Below the pieces are notes generated by a model. It saw only the letters and a program-made list of their open reading frames with translations. It had not been told where the DNA came from and searched no databases. Position numbers and translations under genes: made by a program. Shown one piece after another: positions 39,142 to 49,359 of a stretch of 64,000 nucleotides of DNA. Each line of letters opens with the position of its first letter. Within the stretch, counting starts at the first letter, position 1. This stretch comes from Gemmatimonadota bacterium (GTDB lineage Bacteria > Gemmatimonadota > Gemmatimonadetes > Palauibacterales > Palauibacteraceae). The stretch spans positions 3,168,001-3,232,000 of the forward strand of contig OZ220691.1 in NCBI GenBank assembly GCA_965116475.1, read 5' to 3'.

Positions 39142-40998
39142 CTAGGGCGGGGAGTCGTCGCCGTCCTGCCCGCCGTCCTGGCCGTCCCCGCCGCGCGTGA
39201 GGAGCAGCGTGCCGGTGACGCGGGTGGGCCGCGGCTCCCCGTCGCCGTCGTAGAGCCGTAGCAGCGTGACCTGGATGCGAGCCGTCACGTCCGCCCCGGA
39301 GATGTCGAGCCGAAGCGAGTCCGGGGGCAGCTGCACTCTCCCGGGCGCGGTCGTGGTCCCGGAGCGCCCGGCGCGCGCGATGAGTTCGGCGAACGACACC
39401 GTGGCGAGTTCGACCCCGCCGAGCCGGACCGTGGTTCCGAGGCTGTCCGCGGTGGCCTCGAAGGTGAGGGAGTCGCCCTCGAACGGGTAGCGTCCCCCCA
39501 GGAGGTTCCGCTCGAACACGGCCCGGTCGAAGCCGGACACGGCGATGGCGGCGTGCCGCCCCTCCGGCACCGAGATGTCGACGAACCCGAAGGGGTCCGC
39601 GAGCAGTCCCTCGGAGGGCACGAGCCCGAAGTGATCCGCGATCAGCGTCGCCCGGCGTCCGGCCTCCGCGACCCTCAACGAGGCCGCCATTCCGTCTCCG
39701 ATCGTGTCCACGCTCGCCACGCCGTCCTCGAACCACTCGTCGATGGCGGACGTCCCGTGCCACGAAATCAGGTAGAGCAGGACGTCGTTGATCTGCTGCC
39801 AGTCCTGGGGGGGGATCTCGGCGGCGGCCGGCGAGATGCGGTCATCGGCGAGGACTCCGTGCGTCGACAGCAGATCCTCGATCCGGCCCACCTGGCTCCG
39901 TTCGGCCACCGCGTAGGCGGACCAGGGTCCGACGAAGGTGACGGCCCCGATGATGGCCAGCGTCAGCGGAATCCCCTTGATCTCGCGCGACCGCGTCACC
40001 GTGTAGAAGACCGCGGCGCCCGCGAGCCAGATGCCGAGGAGGAGAAGGAGATACCGGCGCTCGGTGATCCCGTACTGCTCGATGCGCTGCCCGATGGCGA
40101 GCAGGAGCATGACGATGGACGGGATGATGAGAATCCAGAAGATGCGGGCGTACGTGTCGATCCACGCGTGGCCTTCCTGTCCGCGCCGGGGATGGACGAG
40201 GAGGAGCGACAGGATGCCGAAGGCGGCGAGGGCCGAGACGAGAAGCCCGATCCACCCGCTGGGCCACGTCGTCGTGATGACGACCCGCCCGAGGTAGGCG
40301 GTGAGGATGATCAGATAGACGGCGACGAGCGGGAGCAGCACGTACTGGGCGAAGACGCGCAGGCCCGCCGGATAGTCGTCGCGGCGTTCCAGTCGCTCAA
40401 AATCGTCCGGCACGCCCGCGAGCACGAACCACGTCTGAAAGACGAAGCCGAGGAAGAAGAAGAGCCGGCCGTAGTTCTCATCGGCGATGTCGATGTTGAA
40501 CAGATTCTCGATGCCGAACATGGCGATCGAGAGCCCGGCGAAGAGGACGCCGGTGTAGATCGCCCCGAGGCCGAACCGGAAGAACAGCGTGCGGTTGAAG
40601 TGCCAGAAGCCGTTCGGCTCGCGGACGCCGAGGTAGGCGATGAAGGCGACGAGAAGATGCAGGGTCGCGGTCAGGTGAAAATGGCGGAGGCCGGCGATGT
40701 TCTCGCCCCAGTTCGGCCACTGCCAGTAGTAGAAAGCGAGCACGGCCACGCCGAGGCCGCGCAGCGCCCAGTGACGCGGCCAGGCGAGGCTCCACCGCTC
40801 CGCCAGCAGGGTGAGCCCCGTGAGCAGCGGGAGGCCGAGGCTGGCCGTGGCGACGAGGCGCAGTTCGAGCGCCGTCTCCGCGTTGATCGCCCGCATCGCC
40901 GCGATGGCGGCGACGACCGCGCAGACCAGGACGACGGGGAACCGGCGCGCCGTCGCCCACGCCCCCGCGGCGAGCCGCTCGACCGAGGGGAGCTTCAC
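39142..40998 (-). CDS. DUF4153 family membrane protein
   Basis: RRFP, FWHFN..LF, YVLLPL..VY..IL.AY, RIEQYGITERRY, GPWSA..V..RSQ; GTG overlaps the upstream stop. Confidence 0.8.
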   Translation of the reverse strand: MKLPSVERLAAGAWATARRFPVVLVCAVVAAIAAMRAINAETALELRLVATASLGLPLLTGLTLLAERWSLAWPRHWALRGLGVAVLAFYYWQWPNWGENIAGLRHFHLTATLHLLVAFIAYLGVREPNGFWHFNRTLFFRFGLGAIYTGVLFAGLSIAMFGIENLFNIDIADENYGRLFFFLGFVFQTWFVLAGVPDDFERLERRDDYPAGLRVFAQYVLLPLVAVYLIILTAYLGRVVITTTWPSGWIGLLVSALAAFGILSLLLVHPRRGQEGHAWIDTYARIFWILIIPSIVMLLLAIGQRIEQYGITERRYLLLLLGIWLAGAAVFYTVTRSREIKGIPLTLAIIGAVTFVGPWSAYAVAERSQVGRIEDLLSTHGVLADDRISPAAAEIPPQDWQQINDVLLYLISWHGTSAIDEWFEDGVASVDTIGDGMAASLRVAEAGRRATLIADHFGLVPSEGLLADPFGFVDISVPEGRHAAIAVSGFDRAVFERNLLGGRYPFEGDSLTFEATADSLGTTVRLGGVELATVSFAELIARAGRSGTTTAPGRVQLPPDSLRLDISGADVTARIQVTLLRLYDGDGEPRPTRVTGTLLLTRGGDGQDGGQDGDDSPP

Positions 40999-42161
40999 AC
41001 CCGGGCTCTGATCGTCACGAGGCGCTCGGCGGCCTGCTCGAGCAGCGCCTCCGTCTTGCAGAAGGCGAACCGCACGAGCTTGCGCCCATCCTCCGGGTTG
41101 TGGAAGAAGCTGGATCCCGGCACGGGAGCCACGCCGACGGTGCGCGTGAGCCAGAACGCGAACTCGTCGTCCGGCAGGTCGGAAAGGTCCGAGAAGTCGG
41201 CGAGAACGTAGTACGCGCCCTCCGGCTTGCGGCACTCGAACCCGGCCTCCACGAGCGCCGGATAGAAGAGGTCCCGCTTGGCACCGTACACGTCGGCGAG
41301 TCCCTCATAGTAGGACGGCGGCAGCATCTCGAGGCCGGTGGCCACGCCTTCCTGGAGAGGCGCCGCGGCCCCCACGGTGAGAAAGTCGTGGACCTTCCGG
41401 ATGGCGTCCGACAACTCCGGGTGCGCCACGATCGTCCCCATCCGCCAGCCCGTGACCGCGAACGTCTTCGAGGCGGCGCTGATCGTGATCGTCCGGTCCC
41501 GCATGCCGGGGAGCGTCGCCATCGGCATGTGCCGCGCGCCGTCGTAGAGGATGTGCTCGTAGACCTCGTCGGTGATCGCGTAGGCGTCGAACTCCTGGCA
41601 CAGGATGGCGATCTTCTCGAGTTCGTCGCGGCTGAACACGCGGCCCGTGGGGTTGTTCGGCGTGTTCACGATGATGGCGCGCGTCCGGTCGCTGAACGCC
41701 GCCCGCAGGCGGTCGAAGTCGATCTTCCACTCCGGGGTCAGCGGCACGAACACGGGAGTCGCGTCGCAGAGCGTCGTGTCCGGCCCGTAGTTCTCGTAGA
41801 AGGGCTCGAGGACGATGACTTCCTCGCCCGGGTCCACGACCGCCAGGAGCACCGCCATCATCGCCTCGGTCGCCCCGCAGGTGATCGTGAGGTGCGCCTC
41901 CGGATCGACGTCGAGCCCGTACCAGTCGTGATAGCGCGCGGCGAGCGCGTCGCGATACCGCTTCGCGCCCCACGTGATCGCGTACTGGTTCACGTCGTCG
42001 TAGATCGCGCGCGCGGCGCCGATCTTCAGCGTGTCGGGCGACTCGAAGTCGGGAAAACCCTGCGACAGGTTGATGGCCCCGTGCTCGTTCGAGAGCCGGG
42101 TCATCATCCGAATCACGGATTCCGTGAAGCCGTGCGTGCGGCGGGCGGTATGAATTTTCAT
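40995..42161 (-). CDS. PLP-dependent class I/II aminotransferase (YbdL-like)
   Basis: AINLSQGFPDF, NTPNNPTG, TDEVYEH, SKTFAVTGWRMG, RFAFCK. Confidence 0.93.
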   Translation of the reverse strand: MKIHTARRTHGFTESVIRMMTRLSNEHGAINLSQGFPDFESPDTLKIGAARAIYDDVNQYAITWGAKRYRDALAARYHDWYGLDVDPEAHLTITCGATEAMMAVLLAVVDPGEEVIVLEPFYENYGPDTTLCDATPVFVPLTPEWKIDFDRLRAAFSDRTRAIIVNTPNNPTGRVFSRDELEKIAILCQEFDAYAITDEVYEHILYDGARHMPMATLPGMRDRTITISAASKTFAVTGWRMGTIVAHPELSDAIRKVHDFLTVGAAAPLQEGVATGLEMLPPSYYEGLADVYGAKRDLFYPALVEAGFECRKPEGAYYVLADFSDLSDLPDDEFAFWLTRTVGVAPVPGSSFFHNPEDGRKLVRFAFCKTEALLEQAAERLVTIRARV

Positions 42162-44113
42162 CGCTCCGAATCTGGCCCGTCGGCCGGAAGCGTGCCACCG
42201 GAGCCGGGGGCATCCTTCTCCGCCGGCTCCCGGCCGCCCTCCGCCGGCCCGGCGTCCGGGCGGCGGAACCCGGCCCGTGCGAGCCGCGCCTCCACGAGTT
42301 CCGTCTGCCCGCGCAGCCAGCCGAACCAGACCGTGTCGCCCTGCTTCAGCGTCGTGCTGCTCGACACGGGCTGTTCGCGCCTCCCGCGGCGATGCACGAG
42401 GGCGAGGGTAGGGGACCGGCGGTCGGCCAGCGCTTCGATCTGCGAGATGCGCAGTCCGGCGAGGCCCTCGAACACGAGCGGTTCGATCTCCACGCGGTCC
42501 CGCCGGAACTCGTGCGCCCAGCGCTCGTGGTCGACGCCGAGCCCGAACAGCACGGAGGCGCCGCTCTCGTCGACCTGCTCGGGTCCGACGCCGGGCGTGA
42601 GCGGATCGATGGCCACGAGGCGGCCCACGCCCGGGCAGCTTTCCTCGACCCGCTTGGCGATGAGCAGGTTCACGCCCTCGTTCGGCGTGAGGGCGACGAG
42701 GGCGCGGCGCGATTCGACTCCCGCCTTCAGGAGCGCGCGCGGCTCGTTCGCGTTGCCGAGCACGACGCGGAAGCCATCGCTCTCCGCCGCCCCCGCCTCC
42801 GTCGGGTTCGTGTCGATGAGAACGATCGGGGCGTCCCCCGTGCGGGCGGCGCGCAGGGTGCGGGCGAGCGCGCGTCCGATCGGATTCGCCCCGACGACCG
42901 CGAACCCGTGGTTGGACGGTTTCCGTACCCCCAGCAGGCGCGCCACGAGCCCGCCCGTCCCGCCGAGGACGACGACGGTGACGGCGATGACGAGGAAGAC
43001 CATGGCTCGCAGCTGGCTGCCTTCCGCCTCCATCCCGCTGTGGGCGAGTTCCGCCGCGAACAGCGAGGAGACGGCGAAGGCGACGATCCCGCGCGGAGCC
43101 AGCCAGGCCAGGAACGCCTGCTCGTTACGGCTCAGGCCCGCGCCCCAGGTACAGAGGAGCACGCAGAGGGGACGGACAACGGCGACGAGGACGACCACGG
43201 TCACGATCCCGCCCGCGCCCAGCGCCCGTACCTCGCCGAGGTCCACCGCCGCCGACAGGAGAACGAAGAGGAGTCCCACGAGCAGAAACGTGAGTTGCTC
43301 CTTGAACTCGACGAGTTCGCGCGCGTGCCGCGGGCCCATGTTGCCGACGACGAGGCCGGCGATGGCCACCGTCATGATCCCGCTCTCGGGCAGGATGGCG
43401 TGTGAGCCCTGGTAGAGGGCGAGGACGCAGGCGAGCGTGAAGATGTTCCGGAGATCGGAGGGGACGGCGCGCCGCATCCGCAGCAGTCCGCCGATGACGA
43501 ATCCTCCCGCCACGCCGATGGCCGAGCCGAGGCCCAGGCGCGTGACGAGGCCGAGGAAGCCGGCCCCCACGTCCCCCGCCGTCGACGCGAGCGCCAACTC
43601 GAACGCGACGACCGCGAGGATCGCCCCGACAGGGTCGATGAGCACGCCTTCCGCCTCGAGGATCGTCCGCAGGTTGCTTCGCAGGCGGATCCGCCGCGTG
43701 AGCGGGTTGATCACCGTCGGACCGGTGACCGAGACGAGCGCCCCGAACAGCAACGCGATGCGGAGGCTCCAGCCCAGCGCGAGCATCGCCGTGACGGCGG
43801 CCCCGGCGATCGTGACCAGCGCGCCGAGCGTGATCAGCCGCCGGATCGTCAGCGCCTCGCGCCGCAGCCGGTCGAGGTTGAGCTGCAGCGCCCCCTCGAA
43901 GAGGATCACCGCGACCGCCAGCCCGACGATGGGATTGAGACCCTCGCCCAGCGTGTCGGGCCGCACGATGTTCGCGAACTCCGGCCCGAGGAGGATGCCG
44001 GTCGCGAGCAGGAAGAGGATTCCGGGAACGCGCGCGTGCCGCGCCAGCGACTGCGCCACGACGCCCGCGGTGATGGCCAGGGCGAAGGTGAGGGCCGGAT
44101 CCTGGAGGTTCAC
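42158..44113 (-). CDS. Cation:proton antiporter (CPA1/NhaP-like) with TrkA-N domain
   Basis: VILFEG, VTGPTVI, EGVLIDP.G, APRGIVA; C-terminal VVGAN NAD-binding-like domain. Confidence 0.92.
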   Translation of the reverse strand: MNLQDPALTFALAITAGVVAQSLARHARVPGILFLLATGILLGPEFANIVRPDTLGEGLNPIVGLAVAVILFEGALQLNLDRLRREALTIRRLITLGALVTIAGAAVTAMLALGWSLRIALLFGALVSVTGPTVINPLTRRIRLRSNLRTILEAEGVLIDPVGAILAVVAFELALASTAGDVGAGFLGLVTRLGLGSAIGVAGGFVIGGLLRMRRAVPSDLRNIFTLACVLALYQGSHAILPESGIMTVAIAGLVVGNMGPRHARELVEFKEQLTFLLVGLLFVLLSAAVDLGEVRALGAGGIVTVVVLVAVVRPLCVLLCTWGAGLSRNEQAFLAWLAPRGIVAFAVSSLFAAELAHSGMEAEGSQLRAMVFLVIAVTVVVLGGTGGLVARLLGVRKPSNHGFAVVGANPIGRALARTLRAARTGDAPIVLIDTNPTEAGAAESDGFRVVLGNANEPRALLKAGVESRRALVALTPNEGVNLLIAKRVEESCPGVGRLVAIDPLTPGVGPEQVDESGASVLFGLGVDHERWAHEFRRDRVEIEPLVFEGLAGLRISQIEALADRRSPTLALVHRRGRREQPVSSSTTLKQGDTVWFGWLRGQTELVEARLARAGFRRPDAGPAEGGREPAEKDAPGSGGTLPADGPDSER

Positions 44114-45021
44114 GAAGCGGCGGCTCGCTCCATCGCGAGGAGGAAGTTCGTGAAGCCCTCATCGTAATCGGAGAGGCCGTTCTGGCCCGTGAGCTTCATG
44201 CGCGCGTTGTAGGCATTCTTCATCATCGGACCCACGACGCCGCTGACCGGACCCTCCGCCGGGTGGCGCGCGGCGAACGCGTCCTTCAACTCCTCCCGGA
44301 GTCCGAGGTCGGCGAGGAGGCCGTTGTAGGCGGCGGCGTCCCGCTCCGCCAGCACCCAGAGGTGGCGGTCCAGGCGCTCGCAGTGCGCCGACTGCTCGAG
44401 CACCGGCTCACCCGAACGTACGAGCGCGAGGTAGCCGAGGACCTGCGCCTCGACTTCCTTCAGGTATCCCTTCCGGTGGCAGAACTCGTGCGCGATCACA
44501 TGGGGTTCGAAGATGCCCGTGCTCCTGAAGATCGCGACGTCGCCCGTCAGCGGGTCCGCCGCCCCGAGCGCGAACGGGAAGACGATCTGCGCGAGCATGA
44601 ACTCCCGGACCCGCGTACTCGTCTCCAGGCGCTGGCCGGTGAGTTCCGCCAGAAAATCGGTGAGGCAGAGATCGACCTGTTTCGCCAGTTCCTTCCGCGG
44701 CGTATCCATCGGCACGTAGTTTGCGTTCAGCCGCTCCACGAGCCCTTCGACATCGCGTCTCCGTTCTTCCTCCGACGCCGGGGGAGAGGAGAGCGGGTCG
44801 AAGCCGAACGCAGCCTCGAAATCCACGCGGCGCGCGTCCGCCCGAACCGCCCAGTCGATGAGCGCGCTGCCCGCGTACACGCCGAGCGCCGCGGCCTGCA
44901 CCGCCCGTCCGGCCGGGCTCAGACCGAAGAGCACCCGCGCCGCGACGGGGGCGGCGAGCAGCAGATCGGAAGGCGCGACCGGGAGGTACGTCGCCAGGTT
45001 GGGGATGCGGAGTCTTTCCAT
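44110..45021 (-). CDS. DUF3810-like zincin (HExxH) protein
   Basis: DPLTGDV, PHVIAHEFCHRKGYLKEVEAQVLGYLA. Confidence 0.65.
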   Translation of the reverse strand: MERLRIPNLATYLPVAPSDLLLAAPVAARVLFGLSPAGRAVQAAALGVYAGSALIDWAVRADARRVDFEAAFGFDPLSSPPASEEERRRDVEGLVERLNANYVPMDTPRKELAKQVDLCLTDFLAELTGQRLETSTRVREFMLAQIVFPFALGAADPLTGDVAIFRSTGIFEPHVIAHEFCHRKGYLKEVEAQVLGYLALVRSGEPVLEQSAHCERLDRHLWVLAERDAAAYNGLLADLGLREELKDAFAARHPAEGPVSGVVGPMMKNAYNARMKLTGQNGLSDYDEGFTNFLLAMERAAAS

Positions 45022-45121
45022 CGGTCCTCGTACGCGGGTCGGTGGACGAAAGTTCGGGATCGGCGGGCCGGGTGCAACCGTCCGGGCCCCGGCGGCGTCC
45101 CACTCCTGTCGGAGGGCGGGA

Positions 45122-45158
45122 GGAATCAAGACCGGAATCGAGACCGGGAATCGAGACC
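45122..45158. repeat. Three 12-bp direct repeats GGAATC(A/G)AGACC
   Basis: Copies at 45122, 45134 and 45147 in a divergent intergenic region. Confidence 0.85.
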
Positions 45159-45189
45159 CATGGCGAGAATGAGAGACGGAGGGAGTTAC

Positions 45190-45720
45190 ATGCGTGGAGG
45201 CGGGCCGGGATCGCTGGTCGTCCTGTTGGGGATCGTCCTGGGCGGGACGCCGCTCGCCGCGCAGGAAGTCAAGGTCGGGGGCCAGGTCACCTTCGGCGAC
45301 GACGCGGACTTCGGCATCGGCCCGCGCGCGCAGATGTCGCTGCCCTGGATCGCCCCCGGGATCCGGATCGCCGCTTCGTTCGACTACTTCTTCCCCGACT
45401 CGGGTCTCGGCGACCCCGGCGGCGACTACGACTACCGCGAACTCAACTTCAACGTGCTCGGGGATCTCTCGTTCCGCGACGTGACGAACCTCGTTCCCTA
45501 TGTCGGCGGCGGACTGAACGTGGCGTGGCAGTCGGTTCCGCCGGACGGGGCGGCGGATACCGGGGCGGATACAGCGGATACAGGGGAGCGGCTCTTCGGG
45601 ATGAACCTCGTCGCGGGCTTCCGGTTTCCGCTCGAGGGGTTCACGCCCTTCGTCGAGGCGAGGTACGAACTCGAGGGGGGACAGCAACTCCTCGTGGCCG
45701 GCGGCATCCTCCTACCCTAG
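45190..45720 (+). CDS. Small outer-membrane beta-barrel protein
   Basis: Signal peptide (PLAAQ), FDYFFP, PYVGGGLN, PFVEARY; RBS GGAGGGAG. Confidence 0.8.
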   Translation: MRGGGPGSLVVLLGIVLGGTPLAAQEVKVGGQVTFGDDADFGIGPRAQMSLPWIAPGIRIAASFDYFFPDSGLGDPGGDYDYRELNFNVLGDLSFRDVTNLVPYVGGGLNVAWQSVPPDGAADTGADTADTGERLFGMNLVAGFRFPLEGFTPFVEARYELEGGQQLLVAGGILLP

Positions 45721-45726
45721 CGGCGT

Positions 45727-45743
45727 CCTTCCACCCTGGAAGG
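45727..45743. terminator. Hairpin between convergent genes
   Basis: CCTTCCA-CCC-TGGAAGG; no U-tract. Confidence 0.4.
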
Positions 45744-45747
45744 TCAG

Positions 45748-47433
45748 CTAGAATCGTAACCCGCCGCCGGCGCTGAAGGCCCACCTCGATCTTTCGCTGT
45801 CACCGATTCCTCCGCCGAAGCGGTAGCCGATATTGAGGTTCGTGACCTGCGCGAAGGATGAGAGTGGCGATCCTCCGAACACGGTGACCCCGACGTTCCC
45901 GCCCAACCTCCGATCCTGATCCGGATACCAGGCGCCTCCATAGTCGACGAAGGCGCCTACGCCGAGCCCGAACAGGTTGTAGAAGTTGTCCACCAGGTAG
46001 GAGCGATGTTCCAGCGTGGCGCGTACGGTGCGGGTGCCCACGAATGCGTGCGGACCCCAGAGGCGCGGCAATACCTGGAAGCCGATGTCGTGCTCGGAGC
46101 CGGGGCGGGGCGACTCCTGAACCCCGGCGGACGCTTGCAGGAACGTCGTGTTCCGCTCCGTCTCCCGCAGCGCCGCCGTTCCCGTGCCGAATACGTAGCC
46201 CGAGTCGAGGCCCGCCGAGTTGAAGAGGCCGCCGCCGTCGAGCGCACCCTTGAGAATCGCGGGGCCCGCCCGCCTTCCGGACGACAGGCGCAGGCGTGCG
46301 CCGATGCCGGTCGACCGGTATCCCAGGCGTTCGTGCGCGAGCTTGACGGACACGAACACGCGGTCGCTGAGATCCTGGTCCTCCTCGGAGAATCCGTTGA
46401 AACGCTCCACGCGCTCGAAGCGGGCGCGTCGCCAATCGGCATACACGCCGATGAGTCCGTACACCGAGTCCGGCACCGTGGCGTCGAGGCTGTCCACGTC
46501 GATGCCGGGATGCTCCATCCGCAGGTGCTCCTCGTGTCGGATTTCGAGCGTCGCCCCGATTCGGAAGAACCCCTGTGGACTTGCGACCGGCGCCACCGCC
46601 CCGGTCAGGCGGTGGATCTGGGCTCGCCGCCGCCACTCGATCGTCTGCAGGTCGTCGGGATTGTGCCGCACGTACTGCGGGATCCGCCCCCGGAAGTCCC
46701 GTCCCTCGTAGTAGAAGGCCGAGCGGTCCGAGAGCGCGCGGAAGGGGTTCGACAGGTACCACGCGATGACGTCGCGGTCCGACAGGTTCAGCCACGTCGC
46801 GTTGGCCGCGAGCCGGGTGGAGGCCAGTCGGTTCGACGTCAGCCGGAGGTCCATTCCGTCGCGGTCGGTGTCGCGGACGTACCACACCCGCATGGCGTTT
46901 CCGCTGCCCGCGAGGTTGATTTCGGTGACTCCGAAGGTGCCGGTCAGCGTGCCGTCCGCCGCGAGCCGTCCGGTGAAGCGGGGCTGCAGGCTCCACGCAT
47001 CGCGCGTTCTCACGCTGAGCGCGAGTTTTCCGTCGACGCGCGCCGTATCCACCCGGACGCGGCGGAAGAGGCCGAGGCGGCGGAGGTTTCGTTCGCTCTC
47101 GGCGGCCAGAAGCGAGTCGTAGGGCGTCCCCGGCCCCAGGAGCAGTTCGCGGCGGATGACCCAGGGCTGCGTCGTCCCGTGCAATCCGTTGCCGAGCCGG
47201 TAGATGAAGTTTCCGGCGGCGGCGTCCTCCGGGAATACGTCCTGCCGGCTGATGACGATCGTGTCGATGGTCGCGGTCGCGTTCCCGTCCGTCGCCCCGG
47301 CGGGAGGGGATGCCTGAGCGTGCACCGCGGGCGCGGCGACAAGGCCCAGAAGAAGCAGGGTGTGGGCGACGTTCTTGCCCCGGACCGGGGCGCGGCGGGT
47401 CCCCCGGATCGGGGGCGCCGTGGACGGAATCAT
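45748..47433 (-). CDS. Omp85/BamA-TamA-like outer-membrane protein with POTRA domain
   Basis: T.PWVIRRELL..PG.PYD....ESERNLRRLGLF, TRDAWSL, EINLAGSG, AFVDYGGAW, C-terminal F. Start uncertain. Confidence 0.8.
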   Translation of the reverse strand: MIPSTAPPIRGTRRAPVRGKNVAHTLLLLGLVAAPAVHAQASPPAGATDGNATATIDTIVISRQDVFPEDAAAGNFIYRLGNGLHGTTQPWVIRRELLLGPGTPYDSLLAAESERNLRRLGLFRRVRVDTARVDGKLALSVRTRDAWSLQPRFTGRLAADGTLTGTFGVTEINLAGSGNAMRVWYVRDTDRDGMDLRLTSNRLASTRLAANATWLNLSDRDVIAWYLSNPFRALSDRSAFYYEGRDFRGRIPQYVRHNPDDLQTIEWRRRAQIHRLTGAVAPVASPQGFFRIGATLEIRHEEHLRMEHPGIDVDSLDATVPDSVYGLIGVYADWRRARFERVERFNGFSEEDQDLSDRVFVSVKLAHERLGYRSTGIGARLRLSSGRRAGPAILKGALDGGGLFNSAGLDSGYVFGTGTAALRETERNTTFLQASAGVQESPRPGSEHDIGFQVLPRLWGPHAFVGTRTVRATLEHRSYLVDNFYNLFGLGVGAFVDYGGAWYPDQDRRLGGNVGVTVFGGSPLSSFAQVTNLNIGYRFGGGIGDSERSRWAFSAGGGLRF

Positions 47434-47461
47434 GGGACGGGAAGGTACGGTTGCACCGCGT

Positions 47462-47971
47462 TCACGGCCACCGGACATCGTCGCGTCGCGCGAGCCCCGG
47501 CTCGTGGCGGAAGGGGGCCGCGATTTCGCCCAGGGTGATCCCGAGGTCGGGATGGCGGAACTCCGGCGCCACATCGGCCAGGGGCACCGCCAGATGGGCC
47601 CGCGTCGGGATCTCCGGGTCCGGGAGTTGCAGGTCGTCCTGATCGACGACCAGACCCTGCACCGCGGCGATGTCGATATCGATCGTGCGAGGGGCGTTGG
47701 GGTCGGCCGTCCGCACCCGTCCGAGGCGGCGCTCCAGCGGTCGGATGACCTCGAACTTCAGCTCCCCCGGGGAGAGGTCGGTCGTGATGCGCACGGCCGC
47801 GTTCAGGAAGCGCGGCATCCCGGGGTTCCCGACCGGGTCCGCTTCGTAGATGGGCGAGGCTCCCTCGATGCCCAGCAGTTCGTCGAGCGCCTCGAGGGCC
47901 GCGACGATGTGCCGCTCGGGGTCGATGTTCGAGCCCAGCGTGAGGAGAATGGTCCGGGGGAAGGCGTTCAC
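47462..47971 (-). CDS. folK: 2-amino-4-hydroxy-6-hydroxymethyldihydropteridine pyrophosphokinase
   Basis: LGSNI, FLNAAV, E..LGRVR...APRTIDIDI, PLADVAP. Confidence 0.93.
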   Translation of the reverse strand: MNAFPRTILLTLGSNIDPERHIVAALEALDELLGIEGASPIYEADPVGNPGMPRFLNAAVRITTDLSPGELKFEVIRPLERRLGRVRTADPNAPRTIDIDIAAVQGLVVDQDDLQLPDPEIPTRAHLAVPLADVAPEFRHPDLGITLGEIAAPFRHEPGLARRDDVRWP

Positions 47972-48336
47972 GCGTAGTCCGCCGCCGTCCGCTCGACTTC
48001 GACCCCCACCGAGCGCGCGTAGCGCAGTGCGCCGGGCTTCTCCACGCGGACCTTCGCCCGCGCCGCGCCGAAGTCGACGATCGCGATCCGCGCGATCTGG
48101 TGCGCGAGCGCTTCCACGAGATACGGCTGGGCGGTTTCGACGTGCGCGATGATGCGCTTCGTCAGCGTCCGGTAGTTGAGCACATCCGCGACGTCGTCGG
48201 ATTCACCCGCGGCCCGGGCATCCACCGAGAGCGACAGGTTGATCACGATGTCCTGCTTCTTCTCGCGTTCCCAGTCGTTGACTCCGATGATTCCCCGGAT
48301 GAGGAGGTCCCGGATGAGGACCGTATCAGACGCCAT
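47968..48336 (-). CDS. folB: Dihydroneopterin aldolase/epimerase (FolB/FolX family)
   Basis: IRDLLIRGIIGVNDWER..KQDIVIN, LNYR, LVEALA, VEKPGALR.A.SVGVE. Confidence 0.9.
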   Translation of the reverse strand: MASDTVLIRDLLIRGIIGVNDWEREKKQDIVINLSLSVDARAAGESDDVADVLNYRTLTKRIIAHVETAQPYLVEALAHQIARIAIVDFGAARAKVRVEKPGALRYARSVGVEVERTAADYA

Positions 48337-49121
48337 CAGCGCGCCCCTCCCGTCAGCAGATGTTCGCCGCCATCCACGTGGATCGTCGCTCCCGTCACAT
48401 AGTCGTTCTCGGCCAGGAACCGCGCCGCGTGCGCCACGTACGCCGGATCGCCCGTCCGCCCGAGCGGGGTCCTCCGGCCCTTCTCCCGCCAGGCCGCGTC
48501 CTCCTCCGTCTCGCCGGGAGGCGGAAGAATCGGGCCGGGAACGATCGCGTTCGCGCGCACCTCCGGCCCCAGTTCGCGGGCGGCCAGCGCCGTCAGGTGC
48601 AGCAGTCCGGCCTTGCTGACCCCGTGCGGCGCAAACCCCTTCCAGGCGGCGAGCGCCGACATGTCCGACATGTTGATTATGACGCCGGGCGCCAGAGGTT
48701 CCCCATGAGTTCCGCGCCGCTCGGTCACGGCGCGCATGCGGACGGCGGCCCGCTGCGTCATGAGGAAGGGAGCGCGCAGGTTGAGCGCCTGCGCGGCGTC
48801 CCACTCGGCGACCGTCGCTTCGCCGAAGGGCGTACGCTCGAAGCTCGCGGCGGAGTTGACGAGGACGTCGAGGCGCCCGAACGCCGCGTCTAACGCCGCG
48901 AACAGGTCGTCGATCTGCTCCGGGTGCGAGAGGTCCGCCGCAGCCGTCGCCGCGCGGCGCCCCAGGGCCTGCACGTCGCTCGCCGCCCGCCCGGCCGCCG
49001 CGGCCGAACTCCGGTAGTGGATGAAGAGGTCGCACCCGGCCTCGGCCAGGCCCAGCGACAGCGCCCGGCCCAGCCGGCGCGCGCCCCCGGTCACGAGCGC
49101 GACGGCGCCCTCGAGTCTCAC
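48336..49121 (-). CDS. SDR oxidoreductase, pteridine reductase/FolM-like
   Basis: VTGGARRLG, HYRSS, LVNSAASF, VSKAGL, VDGGEHL; operon with folB/folK. Confidence 0.88.
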   Translation of the reverse strand: MRLEGAVALVTGGARRLGRALSLGLAEAGCDLFIHYRSSAAAAGRAASDVQALGRRAATAAADLSHPEQIDDLFAALDAAFGRLDVLVNSAASFERTPFGEATVAEWDAAQALNLRAPFLMTQRAAVRMRAVTERRGTHGEPLAPGVIINMSDMSALAAWKGFAPHGVSKAGLLHLTALAARELGPEVRANAIVPGPILPPPGETEEDAAWREKGRRTPLGRTGDPAYVAHAARFLAENDYVTGATIHVDGGEHLLTGGAR

Positions 49122-49359
49122 GGCATCTCTCCGTTCACGAGCGTCTCCCGGCAGCCCCGAGGCCCCGCGGCGGGCGTCCCGGGCGTGTGCTCCCCCGGCG
49201 GTCCCGCGCCGGTGAAGCCGGGAATGTACAAGATTCGAGAGTGGATGGGGCGTTGCACGCGGAGGCGCCGCGTGCCCCATTGCGGCGCACCCGCGCGGTG
49301 GGGGCCTCATGGCGGTACCCCCGCGCGGCGGGCGCGGGAATGTTACCGGGAGGAGGGGC

